A DNA stretch of 64,000 nt from a bacterium. Its GTDB lineage: Bacteria > Patescibacteriota > Minisyncoccia > UBA6257 > 02-FULL-45-10c. The notes beneath the pieces were generated by a model. The model saw only the letters and a program-made list of their open reading frames with translations, ran no database searches and was not told where the DNA came from. Made by a program: the position numbers and the translations under genes. Of this stretch, positions 44,933 to 55,363 are shown in pieces; the stretch's first letter is position 1, and every line of letters starts with the position of its first letter. The DNA lies in the NCBI GenBank assembly GCA_030700025.1, contig JAUYKI010000017.1, positions 2,748-66,747 on the forward strand. Direction: 5' to 3'.

Positions 44933-45382
44933 ATGAAAAATAAAAAAGGTTTTACATTAATAGAAATTTTAATCGTTATCTCCATTATCGGGCTTTTGGC
45001 CTCGGTAGTGTTGGTGAATTTGGGAGGTTTTAGGGCTAAAGGAAGAGATTCGCGCCGGATTGCGGACTTACGGACTTTGCAAAATACCTTGGAACTTTAT
45101 TTTGGAGTTAACAATAAGTATCCAAGCGCCATAACGGAATTAATTAGTCCGGAATTGGGAGTTACCAGGTTACCTCAAGATCCAGGCACTACTTTGGATT
45201 ACTCCTATTGTTATAAAAATGACAGCGGCGGCAATCCAACCAGTTATATTGTAGGCGCTAAGTTGGAGGGTAGAAATGTGGCTTTGGATTCCGATGAAGA
45301 TGACACCGCTGGCTACACTTGCAGCGCGGCCACGGATTGTTCTGACGCGGCGAATGTCTGGGGTTACTGCATAAAGTTCTAA
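44933..45382 (+). CDS. pilA: Type IV major pilin (prepilin-type N-terminal cleavage/methylation domain).
   Basis: KGFTLIEILIVISIIGLLASV class III signal and a C-terminal Cys pair are seen. Confidence 0.75.
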   Translation: MKNKKGFTLIEILIVISIIGLLASVVLVNLGGFRAKGRDSRRIADLRTLQNTLELYFGVNNKYPSAITELISPELGVTRLPQDPGTTLDYSYCYKNDSGGNPTSYIVGAKLEGRNVALDSDEDDTAGYTCSAATDCSDAANVWGYCIKF

Positions 45383-45389
45383 GGATTTT

Positions 45390-46175
45390 ATGGCCGCGGT
45401 ATTTCTATTTGTCTTTGGCCTAGTCATAGGAAGCTTTTTAAATGTGCTGGCATTTCGCTACGATCCGGATCAGCCGTTTTTTGGCTTGAAAAGATGGGGC
45501 GGCCGTTCTCATTGTTTGTTTTGCTCACAGCAATTGAAGTGGTATGAGCTGATTCCGATCCTCAGTTTTATTATTCAGGAGGGCCGTTGCCTGGTGTGCC
45601 GTAAAAAACTTTTTTGGCAATATCCTTTGGTGGAATTGGCCAGCGGGCTTACTTTTTTTCTGCCTTATTATTTTTATAATTCCGCGAACGAAGCCTCTTA
45701 TTTTATTACCGCGTTTTGGATTCTAATTTTCTTGATTTTTATTTTAATCTGGGCGATTGACGCGCGGATTTCCGTAATTCCGGACGAATTGAATTTCTTT
45801 TTAGGGCTGTTGGGAGTCGCTTTATTAGACATGACTAATGCCAGCCGGGTGATTTGGCTTAATCATTTTTGGGCCGCTCTGGCGGGCGCGTTATTCTTCG
45901 GAGCGATTATTTATTTCAGCGAGGGGCGGGCAATGGGCGGCGGAGATTTAAAAATGGCGGTGGCGCTCGGTTTAATTTTCGGCTGGCCGAATCTTGTCTA
46001 TATTTTGGCGGTAGCCTTTGTAGTGGGAGCTTTTTGGGGCCTGACGCTGATGGGATTAAACAAGAAAAATTCCAAAGACGCCGTGCCCTTCGGGCCATTC
46101 TTGATTCTCGGTTCGCTGGTGATATTTTTCTTTGGAGACGTTTTGATTTCCGCTTATTGGCGGTTGCTGATCTAG
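45390..46175 (+). CDS. pilD: Prepilin peptidase (A24 family).
   Basis: An N-terminal CxxC...CxxC zinc motif, 8 TM helices and conserved Asp residues are seen. Confidence 0.85.
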   Translation: MAAVFLFVFGLVIGSFLNVLAFRYDPDQPFFGLKRWGGRSHCLFCSQQLKWYELIPILSFIIQEGRCLVCRKKLFWQYPLVELASGLTFFLPYYFYNSANEASYFITAFWILIFLIFILIWAIDARISVIPDELNFFLGLLGVALLDMTNASRVIWLNHFWAALAGALFFGAIIYFSEGRAMGGGDLKMAVALGLIFGWPNLVYILAVAFVVGAFWGLTLMGLNKKNSKDAVPFGPFLILGSLVIFFFGDVLISAYWRLLI

Positions 46176-46300
46176 TAGTGTTAAATATCTTAAATAAGAA
46201 ATAATCTTACCTATACTTATTCTCGCCATGGCGAGAATAAGTATAGGGCAGGATAGTTTAAGCTTGGTCTAAGCTTAAACTAAGTTCTATTCCGGCTTCA

Positions 46301-46810
46301 TTAATAAAGCCGCGCGCTGATTGAGGTTTGGATGTGTATAAACGGAGTGTCTAATTGAACAGCCGGCGCGCCAATAGACAGGGCAATAGTAATCCGATCC
46401 GGCAATTCGGCTCCGGCTGGATTTTCCAATAAATTAAATACTAGTTTTTCTACAGTCACATTTTCGGCGGTAATTCTTTCCCCGTCTTTTTCAATGGATT
46501 TCAGATTTGTATTCCACGTATAAGTAACATTTTGTTTTTCCCGGCTGCTGTAAAAAGTGACGCTTTCGCCTTCGCCGGCAGTTCCAAGGCCGAAACCAAC
46601 GTCAAAATCTTTGCCCGTCCTCATTTCTCGTGACATTTGTTCAATCGCTAAAGAGGCATTGCTGTTTGCGGCGATTAGCGCTACGGTTCCGCGCTGAGTC
46701 CGCAGGGATTGCACGAATACGCCGGAAATAATTGCCATCAACATGACAAAAAGCGACATCGCCACCAGTAATTCTACAATTGTAAACCCCCTTTGATTTG
46801 AATTGGTCAT
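46301..46810 (-). CDS. Minor pilin/pseudopilin (prepilin-type N-terminal domain).
   Basis: NQRGFTIVELLVAMSLFVML class III leader. Confidence 0.6.
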   Translation of the reverse strand: MTNSNQRGFTIVELLVAMSLFVMLMAIISGVFVQSLRTQRGTVALIAANSNASLAIEQMSREMRTGKDFDVGFGLGTAGEGESVTFYSSREKQNVTYTWNTNLKSIEKDGERITAENVTVEKLVFNLLENPAGAELPDRITIALSIGAPAVQLDTPFIHIQTSISARLY

Positions 46811-47310
46811 TGTTGCAGATTGAAAAAATGGCTTTCCACTTCGGATTTGGATTGGCCGCCTCCGCGCGTAGACCAGCTGACCCTAGAAACTACCTTAATC
46901 TCATCGCCATTATTTAGGGTTGGGTCTATGGATATTATCCTATGAAATTTAGTCGGCTGGCCGTTGCTGTAATTGTAATATTGATCGTCAAATAATAATG
47001 GCTGGCTGGCGCTGATAATCGGTTGCAAGCTTAATTCTTGAAAATCGATTTCATAATCGGTCGGATCGGCATCGGGGATGGCATCGGGGCTGTTCCAAGG
47101 ATGGCTGTCCACTAAATTTTTCACTAACTCAATTCCTTCGGCAGCTAAGTAAGTTCCGACATATTGGTCGGCAATAACGCGGTTCAAGCTAAAAGACCGG
47201 GAAACAAATTCAAAAACTCCGAGCAGTCCGACAACGGCTACGGAAATGGCCACCAGGGCCTCTACCATGACCTCTCCTTTTTTATTTTTGCGTAGTGACT
47301 TGTCCAGCAT
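46807..47310 (-). CDS. Minor pilin-like protein.
   Basis: An N-terminal hydrophobic helix follows a basic leader (GEVMVEALVAISVAVVGLL). It overlaps the downstream gene by 4 nt. Confidence 0.55.
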   Translation of the reverse strand: MLDKSLRKNKKGEVMVEALVAISVAVVGLLGVFEFVSRSFSLNRVIADQYVGTYLAAEGIELVKNLVDSHPWNSPDAIPDADPTDYEIDFQELSLQPIISASQPLLFDDQYYNYSNGQPTKFHRIISIDPTLNNGDEIKVVSRVSWSTRGGGQSKSEVESHFFNLQQ

Positions 47311-47806
47311 TGTTTATTTTAACGGTTATTTCGGCAGTTCCGTCGGCAGTTCCGATTCTAACTAAAGCCTCTTTTTTGGAAGGGTCTTGGTCTAAAAAGG
47401 TTTTCGGATCTGGCGGAACAAATACGACATCAGTTAAATCCAGCTGGGTAAACTGTAAATCTGCGGGCAAATCATGAGTTTCCAATTCCTCGCCTGGATC
47501 GTAGGATCTGTTGGCCCCCTCGCAATTCGGCGCGGAATCTTTAAAGAGAACAAAATTATTATCGGCAAGATTAAAGTGAATTCCGTAACCGCAAGCCGGA
47601 GCTTGTTCGGAAAAAGTCTGGATGGATAAAGATTTGGCGCGCAGAACCGCGCTGACTAAGCCCGCTTGTTCTTTGAATAGCATAATCTGTTTTTCGCCGG
47701 TCCGGCTGTAAAGCAATAACAGCGAAGTTAACAGCGCCATAATGCCCAAGGAAACCAATATCTCAATAATCGTGAAGCCGCGAGTCATACTTAGATTATA
47801 CAACAC
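47282..47806 (-). CDS. Minor pilin (prepilin-type N-terminal domain).
   Basis: MTRGFTIIEILVSLGIMALL class III leader. Confidence 0.6.
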   Translation of the reverse strand: MLYNLSMTRGFTIIEILVSLGIMALLTSLLLLYSRTGEKQIMLFKEQAGLVSAVLRAKSLSIQTFSEQAPACGYGIHFNLADNNFVLFKDSAPNCEGANRSYDPGEELETHDLPADLQFTQLDLTDVVFVPPDPKTFLDQDPSKKEALVRIGTADGTAEITVKINNAGQVTTQK

Positions 47807-48076
47807 AGGCGTTCTTTGCTATAATATAAGCGTTATATGAATAAGAATTTTTACGCGTTAGGAGTGTTGCTTTTGACGGGAGTTTGGCTGGCCGGAACCG
47901 GTTTTTTCCTGCAAGAGAATGGAATTTCCTTAAATTGGGATTTTTCTCCGAATTATGCCCAACGGCCTTTGCCGGTTCCGGCGCCGGTAGCGTCAGCGGA
48001 GAACTTTTTGAGCAATAATCTCTTTGCGTGGATTTTCCTCACGCACTAAGGAGGACTTTGTGTTATAATCTAAATA

Positions 48077-50476
48077 ATGATTAAGGGGTTGCGCATTTTT
48101 ATTATTTTATCCGGAGCGTTTCTTTTGTCTTCTTCCGCCCTGGCGGGGTCGGGGGTTTATTCAGCTAATATTTTTGACGCCGGATTAAATGTATCTGGCG
48201 TTGGGCCGGTTGATTATTCGGATATTTTGAGCGCTCGGCTGGCGGGCTGGAATAATTTATTGCAAAGAGTTAATCCCCAAACCCCGCCTAATTATTGGAT
48301 TTGGCTTGGCCATATTGCGTCTTATGGTTATGCTGGATGCAGCAGCGCTTCTATCGGCGCTTTGTCGAGCGCTTATGGCAATCAATATGGTTTGGAAGTT
48401 TATAAAGATTCGGCAACCGGAAATTGCACGGCGCTTCAATCCAAACCGCTTTCTTCCGGCGCCACCCACTCAATAAATTTAACTAAATCCGGATTGGGAG
48501 ACGGGACAGTTAGTTCCAATCCAACCGGCATTAGTTGCGGAGCGATTTGTTCCAGCGATTTTACTCATGGCGCCAGCGTTGCGCTTAGCGCGGCTGCGGA
48601 TGGAGTTTCGCAGTTTGCCGGCTGGGGAGGAAATTTTTGCGCCGCTACCAGCACGCCAAGTAATTGTATGGCGCTGATGGTCAGCGACCGGACGATTACC
48701 GCAACTTTCGTTCCGATCGGAACCCCATTAAATACTTTAACCGTTCAAAAAATTGCAGTTGGCAATGCCAATGGCGTGATTACGGATTCCGGACTGGGCC
48801 AAGGGTCATTTTTAAATATTAATTGCGGAACTGATTGTTCCGAGTCCTATGTTGCCGGCGCGTCAGTTATTCTTTATGCCTATCCTAATGCCGAATCTAA
48901 TTTCGGATCTTGGGTTGGCTGTAATAGCGTTTCCGGCAATGCCTGCACGGTAACGATGAGCGCGGCCAAAAATGTCCGGGCTGGTTTTAGTAATAAAAAT
49001 TTTCCGGTTACGGTTTCTAAGACTGGAGCGGGAACCGGCAGCGTGTCTGGCACCGGAATTAATTGCGGAGCGACTTGTTCCGCGAATCTTTCGGCCGGAA
49101 ACGGATTTTTGTTTATTGCCAGCCCGGGGGTTAATTCTAAATTTGAAAGTTGGAGCGGCTGCGATTATTCAGCGGGAAATAATTGCTTAATAGATGTATT
49201 TTCGGCTAAATCAATTACCGCGAATTTCTCCGCCTCTTATGCGGTCACCGTTACGAAAAGCGGTAATGGCGCGCCTGCGGGCAGCGTTACTTCTACTGGC
49301 GGAATAGACTGCGGAATTATTTGTTCGGCTAGTTTTGTTCCGGGAGCTAATGTAGCTTTAACCGCCTCCGTGGGCGATCCTCAATATCAATTTTCCGGCT
49401 GGGGAGGCGATTGCGCTTCTTTCGGAACTAATCTAACCTGCAGTTTAAATAACATTTCTTCCGCTAAATCAGTTTCCGCTGTTTTTGATGCTGTTCGCCC
49501 GACTTTAACTATTACCAAATCCGGCACCGGAGACGGATCGTTTAGTATTAGCGGCGGTTCACCAATTTGCACCCCCGGTTGCGTTTACGCGTATGGCTCG
49601 GTAGTGACAATTTCCGCTACTCCAAACGCCTTTTCTACATTTACCGGCTGGACCGGTGATTGCGCTAGTTTTGGCGCGAACACCACCTGTACTTTAACTA
49701 TGACTTCTAATAAAAGCGCCTCGGCTATTTTTGACTTGCCGGTTCTGACTTTAAATAAGAGCGGCGCCGGGCAGGGAACGGTTTCGGATGCCCCATTGAA
49801 AATTAATTGCGACCCGTCTTGCGTTACTGCTTCCGCTAGTTACAACAAGCAAAGCTCCGTAACTCTGACCGCGGCGCCGGACGCCGATTCCAGCTTTTTT
49901 GACTGGTCCGGCTGTGATAATTTTACCCCCACCACCTGCACGATATTAATGAATACCCACCGGACCGTTACAGCCGATTTTTTAGCCACGGACGTTAAAT
50001 ATGATTTAACGGTTTCTAAGTCCGGAGCGGGCGACGGAACAGTTACTTCTTCGGTGGCGGGAATTAATTGCGGCGCCGATTGTTCTGAAAAATATATTGA
50101 AAATTCCGATATCGTTCTCCACTCGTCTTCTAATCTTGATTCAGCCTTTGTCGGCTGGACCGGATGCGATAGCGTTAATGGCAATTCCTGCGTAGTTACT
50201 ATGAGTACCGCGAAAAATATTAGCGCGGAATTTGCCGCGTCGCCGGTGTCCGGAAGTTATTCTTTGAGTGTTTTTAAAGTTCCGGACGGCGGAACAATAG
50301 TTTCCAGTGAAAGTTATATTGATTGCGGCGGGACTTGTTCCAAAACCCTAGGCACTGTTTGGAGCACTACACTGACCGTAATGACTAATAATGATTATCA
50401 ATTTGCCGGATGGACTGGAGATTGCACCAGCACCAGCGGAAGCTCATGCGTAATTAATTTTACCCAATGCCAATAA
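48077..50476 (+). CDS. Large secreted protein built from about 9 tandem Cys-containing repeat domains resembling divergent InlB B-repeats.
   Basis: A signal peptide is followed by repeats of about 85 aa with the pattern GxGxVxSxPxGIxCGxxCSxxFxxGxxVxLxAxPxxxSxFxGWxGDCxxxxxCxxxMxxxKxVxAxF. Confidence 0.7.
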   Translation: MIKGLRIFIILSGAFLLSSSALAGSGVYSANIFDAGLNVSGVGPVDYSDILSARLAGWNNLLQRVNPQTPPNYWIWLGHIASYGYAGCSSASIGALSSAYGNQYGLEVYKDSATGNCTALQSKPLSSGATHSINLTKSGLGDGTVSSNPTGISCGAICSSDFTHGASVALSAAADGVSQFAGWGGNFCAATSTPSNCMALMVSDRTITATFVPIGTPLNTLTVQKIAVGNANGVITDSGLGQGSFLNINCGTDCSESYVAGASVILYAYPNAESNFGSWVGCNSVSGNACTVTMSAAKNVRAGFSNKNFPVTVSKTGAGTGSVSGTGINCGATCSANLSAGNGFLFIASPGVNSKFESWSGCDYSAGNNCLIDVFSAKSITANFSASYAVTVTKSGNGAPAGSVTSTGGIDCGIICSASFVPGANVALTASVGDPQYQFSGWGGDCASFGTNLTCSLNNISSAKSVSAVFDAVRPTLTITKSGTGDGSFSISGGSPICTPGCVYAYGSVVTISATPNAFSTFTGWTGDCASFGANTTCTLTMTSNKSASAIFDLPVLTLNKSGAGQGTVSDAPLKINCDPSCVTASASYNKQSSVTLTAAPDADSSFFDWSGCDNFTPTTCTILMNTHRTVTADFLATDVKYDLTVSKSGAGDGTVTSSVAGINCGADCSEKYIENSDIVLHSSSNLDSAFVGWTGCDSVNGNSCVVTMSTAKNISAEFAASPVSGSYSLSVFKVPDGGTIVSSESYIDCGGTCSKTLGTVWSTTLTVMTNNDYQFAGWTGDCTSTSGSSCVINFTQCQ

Positions 50477-50477
50477 T

Positions 50478-53453
50478 ATGAATATCCGGAATTATAAATT
50501 TTTAATACTTTTCTTAATCGGCCTTTGGGGCGCCGGTAATTTGGCCTTTGCGCAAATTACGCCGGACCCTGGTGAGCACGCGGTTAGAGTTTATAAATCC
50601 GGCACCGGCAGTGGTTTGGTAACAGACCAGTATTCCCAAATTGACTGCGGGAACGATTGCCAGGGGAATTATATTGGGGCTGCTTCCACCTGGGTTACTT
50701 TGGAACCTTTTCCTTCTCCTAACAGCTCTTTTGCCGGTTGGTACGGTTGTGACTCCGTAAATACCATGGTTATATTGCCTGATTTGCCGACTTGCTCAGT
50801 TAATACGAGCCCCTTCGTTCCTAGATCAGTTAACGCGATTTTTAACTCTAACACCCCGTGGCATCAAGCTAAATTAACCGTGACTACATCGGGCGATGGC
50901 GGGGGATCGGTATTTTCCAATCCCGGATTTATCAGTTGCGGAGCGGTTTGTTCCGATAATTTTTCGAATCCTTCTTATCCTTTATTTACCGCCACTCTTA
51001 TCAACACCGGTTCCTTAGGGTCATTTACCAATCAGCAGGTAATACATATTGTTGATAGCAGTGGTAGAATCACAGTGGGCGGAAATAGGCTTCAGACCCT
51101 CAATTCGGAAGGTGTGACCAATCCTCAGCAAACTATTATTGACATAGCGGACGGATTTATAAACGTATCGCCGACTATTAAATATATTTACGCGCTGGGA
51201 TATAGGGGGAGTGGAAATATTGCTGAATATCTTTTGGACGTGATTAATCCTTCTGCTCCTCAGGGAGCGCAAGCTAGTGCGCCAGAGGTGGTGAATCGTA
51301 TTCCGCTCCCCATAGATTCAACTGGAGGGGAAGATTACAGCGTTTACTCTAAAATTGCTCTGGCCGGAAATTTTGTTTATATAACTCGTTGGTCAGGAAC
51401 TTCGGTCAGCGCGGGTGGCAGTGGAGGCGCTTTATTGATTTTTGATATATCTGATCCGTTGAATCCGGCGCAGGTCGGGTTCATTGCTCCCCGCTTCAGT
51501 CCTGGCTATGGAATCGCGGCGATTAATAATCCTTTTATTGGAAATTATGCTTATATGGGACAGCAGCATCAGTTCTCTGTAATTGATGTTTCCAGTCCGG
51601 CTAGTCCGGCAGTTGTCGGCACTGTCGGCGGCACCGGCCTATTTAAGGGCGTTTTTAATGAAGTGGCTGAAGCCTTTCCGTATGTTTATGTTTCCAGCGT
51701 GAATGCTTCGGATAATTCCAATACGCTTTATATTATAGACGTTAGTAAGCCGAACAGCCCGGCGTTGATTAGCGCGACACCGATTGATTATTTTAACGGC
51801 GATTTAAGGCCGGCCGTCGGAGGAAAGCTTCTTTTTATCGGTTCCACGGTTTATGATGTTTCTGATCCGTTTCATCCCAGAAAAATCGGCCAAGGGCCGG
51901 GAGGCGTTCAATATGGGGGCGATACTTCTTTTCAAGTTGGAAGTTTGAATGAAGGCAATGATTATGTTGTAACCGGAACCAACGCTACGGGATTCGGCAT
52001 CTACTCGATTAAAAGAACTTTTGTTACGGGTACTGGTTGGGTTCCCACTTATGACCTTTTATCTTTTGCTCCCGGATTGGGAATTTATCCTAACCCGACT
52101 GTTAGTTTATCCGGAGAGCCGGAAGACGATTCGATTTTGGGCGCTTGGTCCGGAGATGTTCCGGGAACTTGCGCCAACAACGCGTCGTGTTTAGTAACTG
52201 CTGTTTTGGGCGCGGAAACTAACGCAGATGCCAGATTTGATGCCGCCGCGGCGCTCGCGCCTACTTCGGCAACTTTAACCGTTACTAAATCCGGAAATGG
52301 ATCCGGCCATGTATCTGATTCGGCTTTGGATTCTTCTTCGTTAGGCGGCGCTTCTTTGGGCGGCGGATCATTGGGTTTTGTTTCCGGGGGAATTGATTGC
52401 GGCGGGGATTGCGATGAAACTTACCCAACGGACACCAGCGTAATTCTTTTGGCAACGCCAAGCGCCGGATCGGATTTTGTAAAATGGAATGGCTGTGTAA
52501 TCGGTGCGGTAATGAAAGATGACGGAGCGCTTTGGAATCCGGCTACTTTGGCGGCTAAACAATCTAACGGCGCTAATGCTTGGGACGGAAGAAATTACAG
52601 CGCCTTGGCTTTCCAAAACAAGCTTTGGGTTTTAGGAGGCGGGAGCACCTTAGGCCAAGTATGGTATTCGGCTGACAACGGCATTACTTGGGCGCAGTAT
52701 ACTCGGGCCTTTATCGCTCCGTCGTCGTGGGCTCCGTGGTGGTCAACTAAATTCGGATTCTCGGCGTTGAGCTACGGAACCAAGATGTGGGTTTTGGGCG
52801 GAACGGAGGGCGGTAGTTCTTATACTAATGAAGTTTGGAGTTCTTTTGACGGCCAAAATTGGAGTCAGGGGCTGAATGCCGATTGGTCTCCGCGGGTTAA
52901 CTTTGCCGCAACCAGATTTAACGGCTCTATGTGGGTATTGGGCGGAAATGCTAAAGAAAATAATAGTTTTGTAAATAAAAATGATGTCTGGTCTTCGGTT
53001 GGCAGTTCCGGATATTGGAGTCCTGTAAATGTATCTGCCGCTTGGTCTGCCCGACAAGGCCATGCCGCAGTCGCTTTTAATGGCCAATTATGGGTTTTAG
53101 GCGGATTGGACGCGGGCGGTTATAAGAATGACGTTTGGTCATCTTCCAACGGAACTGATTGGATTCAAAAAAATTCTTCGGCGCCTTGGCCGGCTCGGGC
53201 TTTTCATAAAGTTTTGGTTTTTGATAATAAACTTTGGGTGATGGGCGGTTCGGGCTCTTTTCAGCCGGCCGATTTTAAAAATGATGTGTGGTATTCCGTG
53301 GACGGCGTTAATTGGATTCAGTCGGGATTGGCGGATTGGCCGGCTCGGTTTGATTTTGGCGCTACGGTTTTCAATAATAAAATGTGGATTTTGGGCGGAA
53401 CGGTCGGGTCCAATTTATATGTAAATGACGTTTGGTATTCGGCGGCGCATTAA
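50478..53453 (+). CDS. Giant secreted protein with N-terminal InlB-B-like repeats, a central beta-rich region and C-terminal Kelch beta-propeller repeats.
   Basis: A signal peptide is seen. Kelch-type repeats (W..ARxxH..VFNxKxWVxGG) occur six or more times at the C-terminus. The start lies 2 nt after the previous stop. Confidence 0.7.
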   Translation: MNIRNYKFLILFLIGLWGAGNLAFAQITPDPGEHAVRVYKSGTGSGLVTDQYSQIDCGNDCQGNYIGAASTWVTLEPFPSPNSSFAGWYGCDSVNTMVILPDLPTCSVNTSPFVPRSVNAIFNSNTPWHQAKLTVTTSGDGGGSVFSNPGFISCGAVCSDNFSNPSYPLFTATLINTGSLGSFTNQQVIHIVDSSGRITVGGNRLQTLNSEGVTNPQQTIIDIADGFINVSPTIKYIYALGYRGSGNIAEYLLDVINPSAPQGAQASAPEVVNRIPLPIDSTGGEDYSVYSKIALAGNFVYITRWSGTSVSAGGSGGALLIFDISDPLNPAQVGFIAPRFSPGYGIAAINNPFIGNYAYMGQQHQFSVIDVSSPASPAVVGTVGGTGLFKGVFNEVAEAFPYVYVSSVNASDNSNTLYIIDVSKPNSPALISATPIDYFNGDLRPAVGGKLLFIGSTVYDVSDPFHPRKIGQGPGGVQYGGDTSFQVGSLNEGNDYVVTGTNATGFGIYSIKRTFVTGTGWVPTYDLLSFAPGLGIYPNPTVSLSGEPEDDSILGAWSGDVPGTCANNASCLVTAVLGAETNADARFDAAAALAPTSATLTVTKSGNGSGHVSDSALDSSSLGGASLGGGSLGFVSGGIDCGGDCDETYPTDTSVILLATPSAGSDFVKWNGCVIGAVMKDDGALWNPATLAAKQSNGANAWDGRNYSALAFQNKLWVLGGGSTLGQVWYSADNGITWAQYTRAFIAPSSWAPWWSTKFGFSALSYGTKMWVLGGTEGGSSYTNEVWSSFDGQNWSQGLNADWSPRVNFAATRFNGSMWVLGGNAKENNSFVNKNDVWSSVGSSGYWSPVNVSAAWSARQGHAAVAFNGQLWVLGGLDAGGYKNDVWSSSNGTDWIQKNSSAPWPARAFHKVLVFDNKLWVMGGSGSFQPADFKNDVWYSVDGVNWIQSGLADWPARFDFGATVFNNKMWILGGTVGSNLYVNDVWYSAAH

Positions 53454-53456
53454 AAT

Positions 53457-55103
53457 ATGGAAAACTGGAAACAAAAAATTTATTTATTGTTGGCGTTGGC
53501 GGGAATTGGATTTATCGCGGGAACCGTTTTTGCCGCGGATGCCGGGGTTCGCTGGTTTCAAACCGATCCGGTCGCCGGGGCAATCTGGACTGCCAGAAAC
53601 GGACACTCGGCTCTGGTTTTTAACAACAAAATGTGGATTTTAGGAGGAACTCTCTCGCCGGGTTATAAAAATGATGTTTGGCTTTCTTTTAATGGCATCA
53701 ATTGGGTTCAACGGACTCCGTCCGCCGCGTGGCAGGCCAGGACCGAACACGCGTCCCTAGTCTTTAATAATAAAATGTGGGTTTTGGGAGGATCTATCTC
53801 GACGGGTTTTAAAAATGATGTTTGGTCTTCCGCGGATGGATTTACTTGGAATTCAGAAACTGCCGCGGCCGCCTGGCCGGCAAGAGATCGCCACGCGTCC
53901 CTAGTTTTTAATAATAAAATGTGGATTTTAGGAGGATCTACCTCGGCGGGTTCGAAAAATGACGTTTGGTCTTCCGTGGACGGAATTACTTGGACGCAAG
54001 AAACTGCTTCCGCCGGCTGGTCTCCGCGTTTCGACTTAGTAGCTCTCGTTTTTAATAACAAGATGTGGGTTTTAGGCGGCAGTGGTTCTCTGAATGATGC
54101 TTGGTCTTCTTCAGATGGAGTTACGTGGACCAGGGTCAGTCCGGCAATTGGCGCTGATTGGCCGGGGCGGTCCGGGCATACCGGAGTGGTTTATGACGGA
54201 AAAATGTGGATTTTTGGCGGACAAAGAGCAAATACCATTTTTAATGATGCTTGGTATTCCGTGGACGGAATAAGTTGGTCTCAGGCGTTATTAGCGGCTG
54301 ATTCTCAATGGGGCGCCCGATGGAATCACGCTTCTTTAGTCTTTAATAATAAAATGTGGATTTTGGGCGGTTCTGGCGGCCCTAATAAAAATGATATTTG
54401 GCATTCCCAGCAGGATAATCTTCCGGTGGAAGCGTGCGTGATTACCAGTGATAGAAATCGGACTGTTGACGCGGAATTTAAAGGCCAGCTTTATACGGTT
54501 ACGGTGGTTAGCATTAATCAGGACGGAGCCGGAAAAGGCGCGGTTAGTTCCACGGATAATAAAATCAGCGATTGCCAAACGATTTGTTCCGCCGAAAATT
54601 ATGCTTACAATTCCAGTGTTGCTTTAAACGCCATGGCCGCCGACGGTTCGGAATTTGACCATTGGGAAGGGCCAAGCCCTTGCGATAACAGCGCCGAATT
54701 GAGCTGTTCTTTGACTTTAACCGGCGATGTAACTGTTTACGCGGTATTTAAATCGTTGATGGCCGCTTGCGTGGTGGAAAAATCAGTTACCGCGAACTTT
54801 GCCACTTCTTTTCCGACTTGTACGCTGACGATTGCTCCGCAAGGAACAAATGCCAGTCAGGCAATTATTTCTTGGACCACCACTAATAATCCGACTAGCG
54901 CTGTTATAGATGATGGCGTTGGTGCGCCAGTAGCGGTGACTATCCCGCCGGCCAGCGGTAGCATGACGATTACTCCGCCTGGCAACACTACTTATATTAT
55001 GACCGTCACGAATAACGCCGGCAGCCGCACTTGCAGCGCTCAGGCTTCAGCGGCGCCCGGAAGATTTCAATTTAAAGATATTCGCGAAATTCTCCCGTTT
55101 TAG
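53457..55103 (+). CDS. Kelch-repeat beta-propeller protein with a C-terminal InlB-B-like repeat and Ig-like domain.
   Basis: An N-terminal TM/signal is followed by 8 Kelch repeats (VFNNKMWILGG). The DNA shows near-identical intragenic repeats. Confidence 0.7.
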   Translation: MENWKQKIYLLLALAGIGFIAGTVFAADAGVRWFQTDPVAGAIWTARNGHSALVFNNKMWILGGTLSPGYKNDVWLSFNGINWVQRTPSAAWQARTEHASLVFNNKMWVLGGSISTGFKNDVWSSADGFTWNSETAAAAWPARDRHASLVFNNKMWILGGSTSAGSKNDVWSSVDGITWTQETASAGWSPRFDLVALVFNNKMWVLGGSGSLNDAWSSSDGVTWTRVSPAIGADWPGRSGHTGVVYDGKMWIFGGQRANTIFNDAWYSVDGISWSQALLAADSQWGARWNHASLVFNNKMWILGGSGGPNKNDIWHSQQDNLPVEACVITSDRNRTVDAEFKGQLYTVTVVSINQDGAGKGAVSSTDNKISDCQTICSAENYAYNSSVALNAMAADGSEFDHWEGPSPCDNSAELSCSLTLTGDVTVYAVFKSLMAACVVEKSVTANFATSFPTCTLTIAPQGTNASQAIISWTTTNNPTSAVIDDGVGAPVAVTIPPASGSMTITPPGNTTYIMTVTNNAGSRTCSAQASAAPGRFQFKDIREILPF

Positions 55104-55129
55104 TTAGAAGGTTTTAACTCGAAGTCGAA

Positions 55130-55256
55130 GCAACATCTCTTTAAGGGAACATCCCGCAGGCGTATTTTGCTTGGACCACAAAATACGCCGAGGGCGAAGA
55201 AAATCCGGCCGCTGGAGCCGGATTATTCTGTTTCCCAAAAAAGAGATGTTGCTAAG
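55130..55256. repeat. Long compound palindrome (about 127 nt) downstream of the Kelch gene.
   Basis: The outer stem is agcaacatctcttt / aaagagatgttgct. Inner hairpins are ggcgtattttg...caaaatacgcc and aatccggc...gccggatt. Confidence 0.5.
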
Positions 55257-55363
55257 ATCCTTGACGGGGATTTTTTAATGCCATAAAATATACTGGCGTT
55301 CTTTAACAAAGCAACAAGGTAGCCTTAAATCCGCTAATAGCGGATTGGGCAAGGGAGACGAAA

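Noticed and set aside
53600-54400. CRISPR-like regularly spaced repeats.
   Set aside because: The repeats are coding Kelch-blade repeats with about 146-nt protein-coding spacing. There are no cas genes and no short unique spacers.
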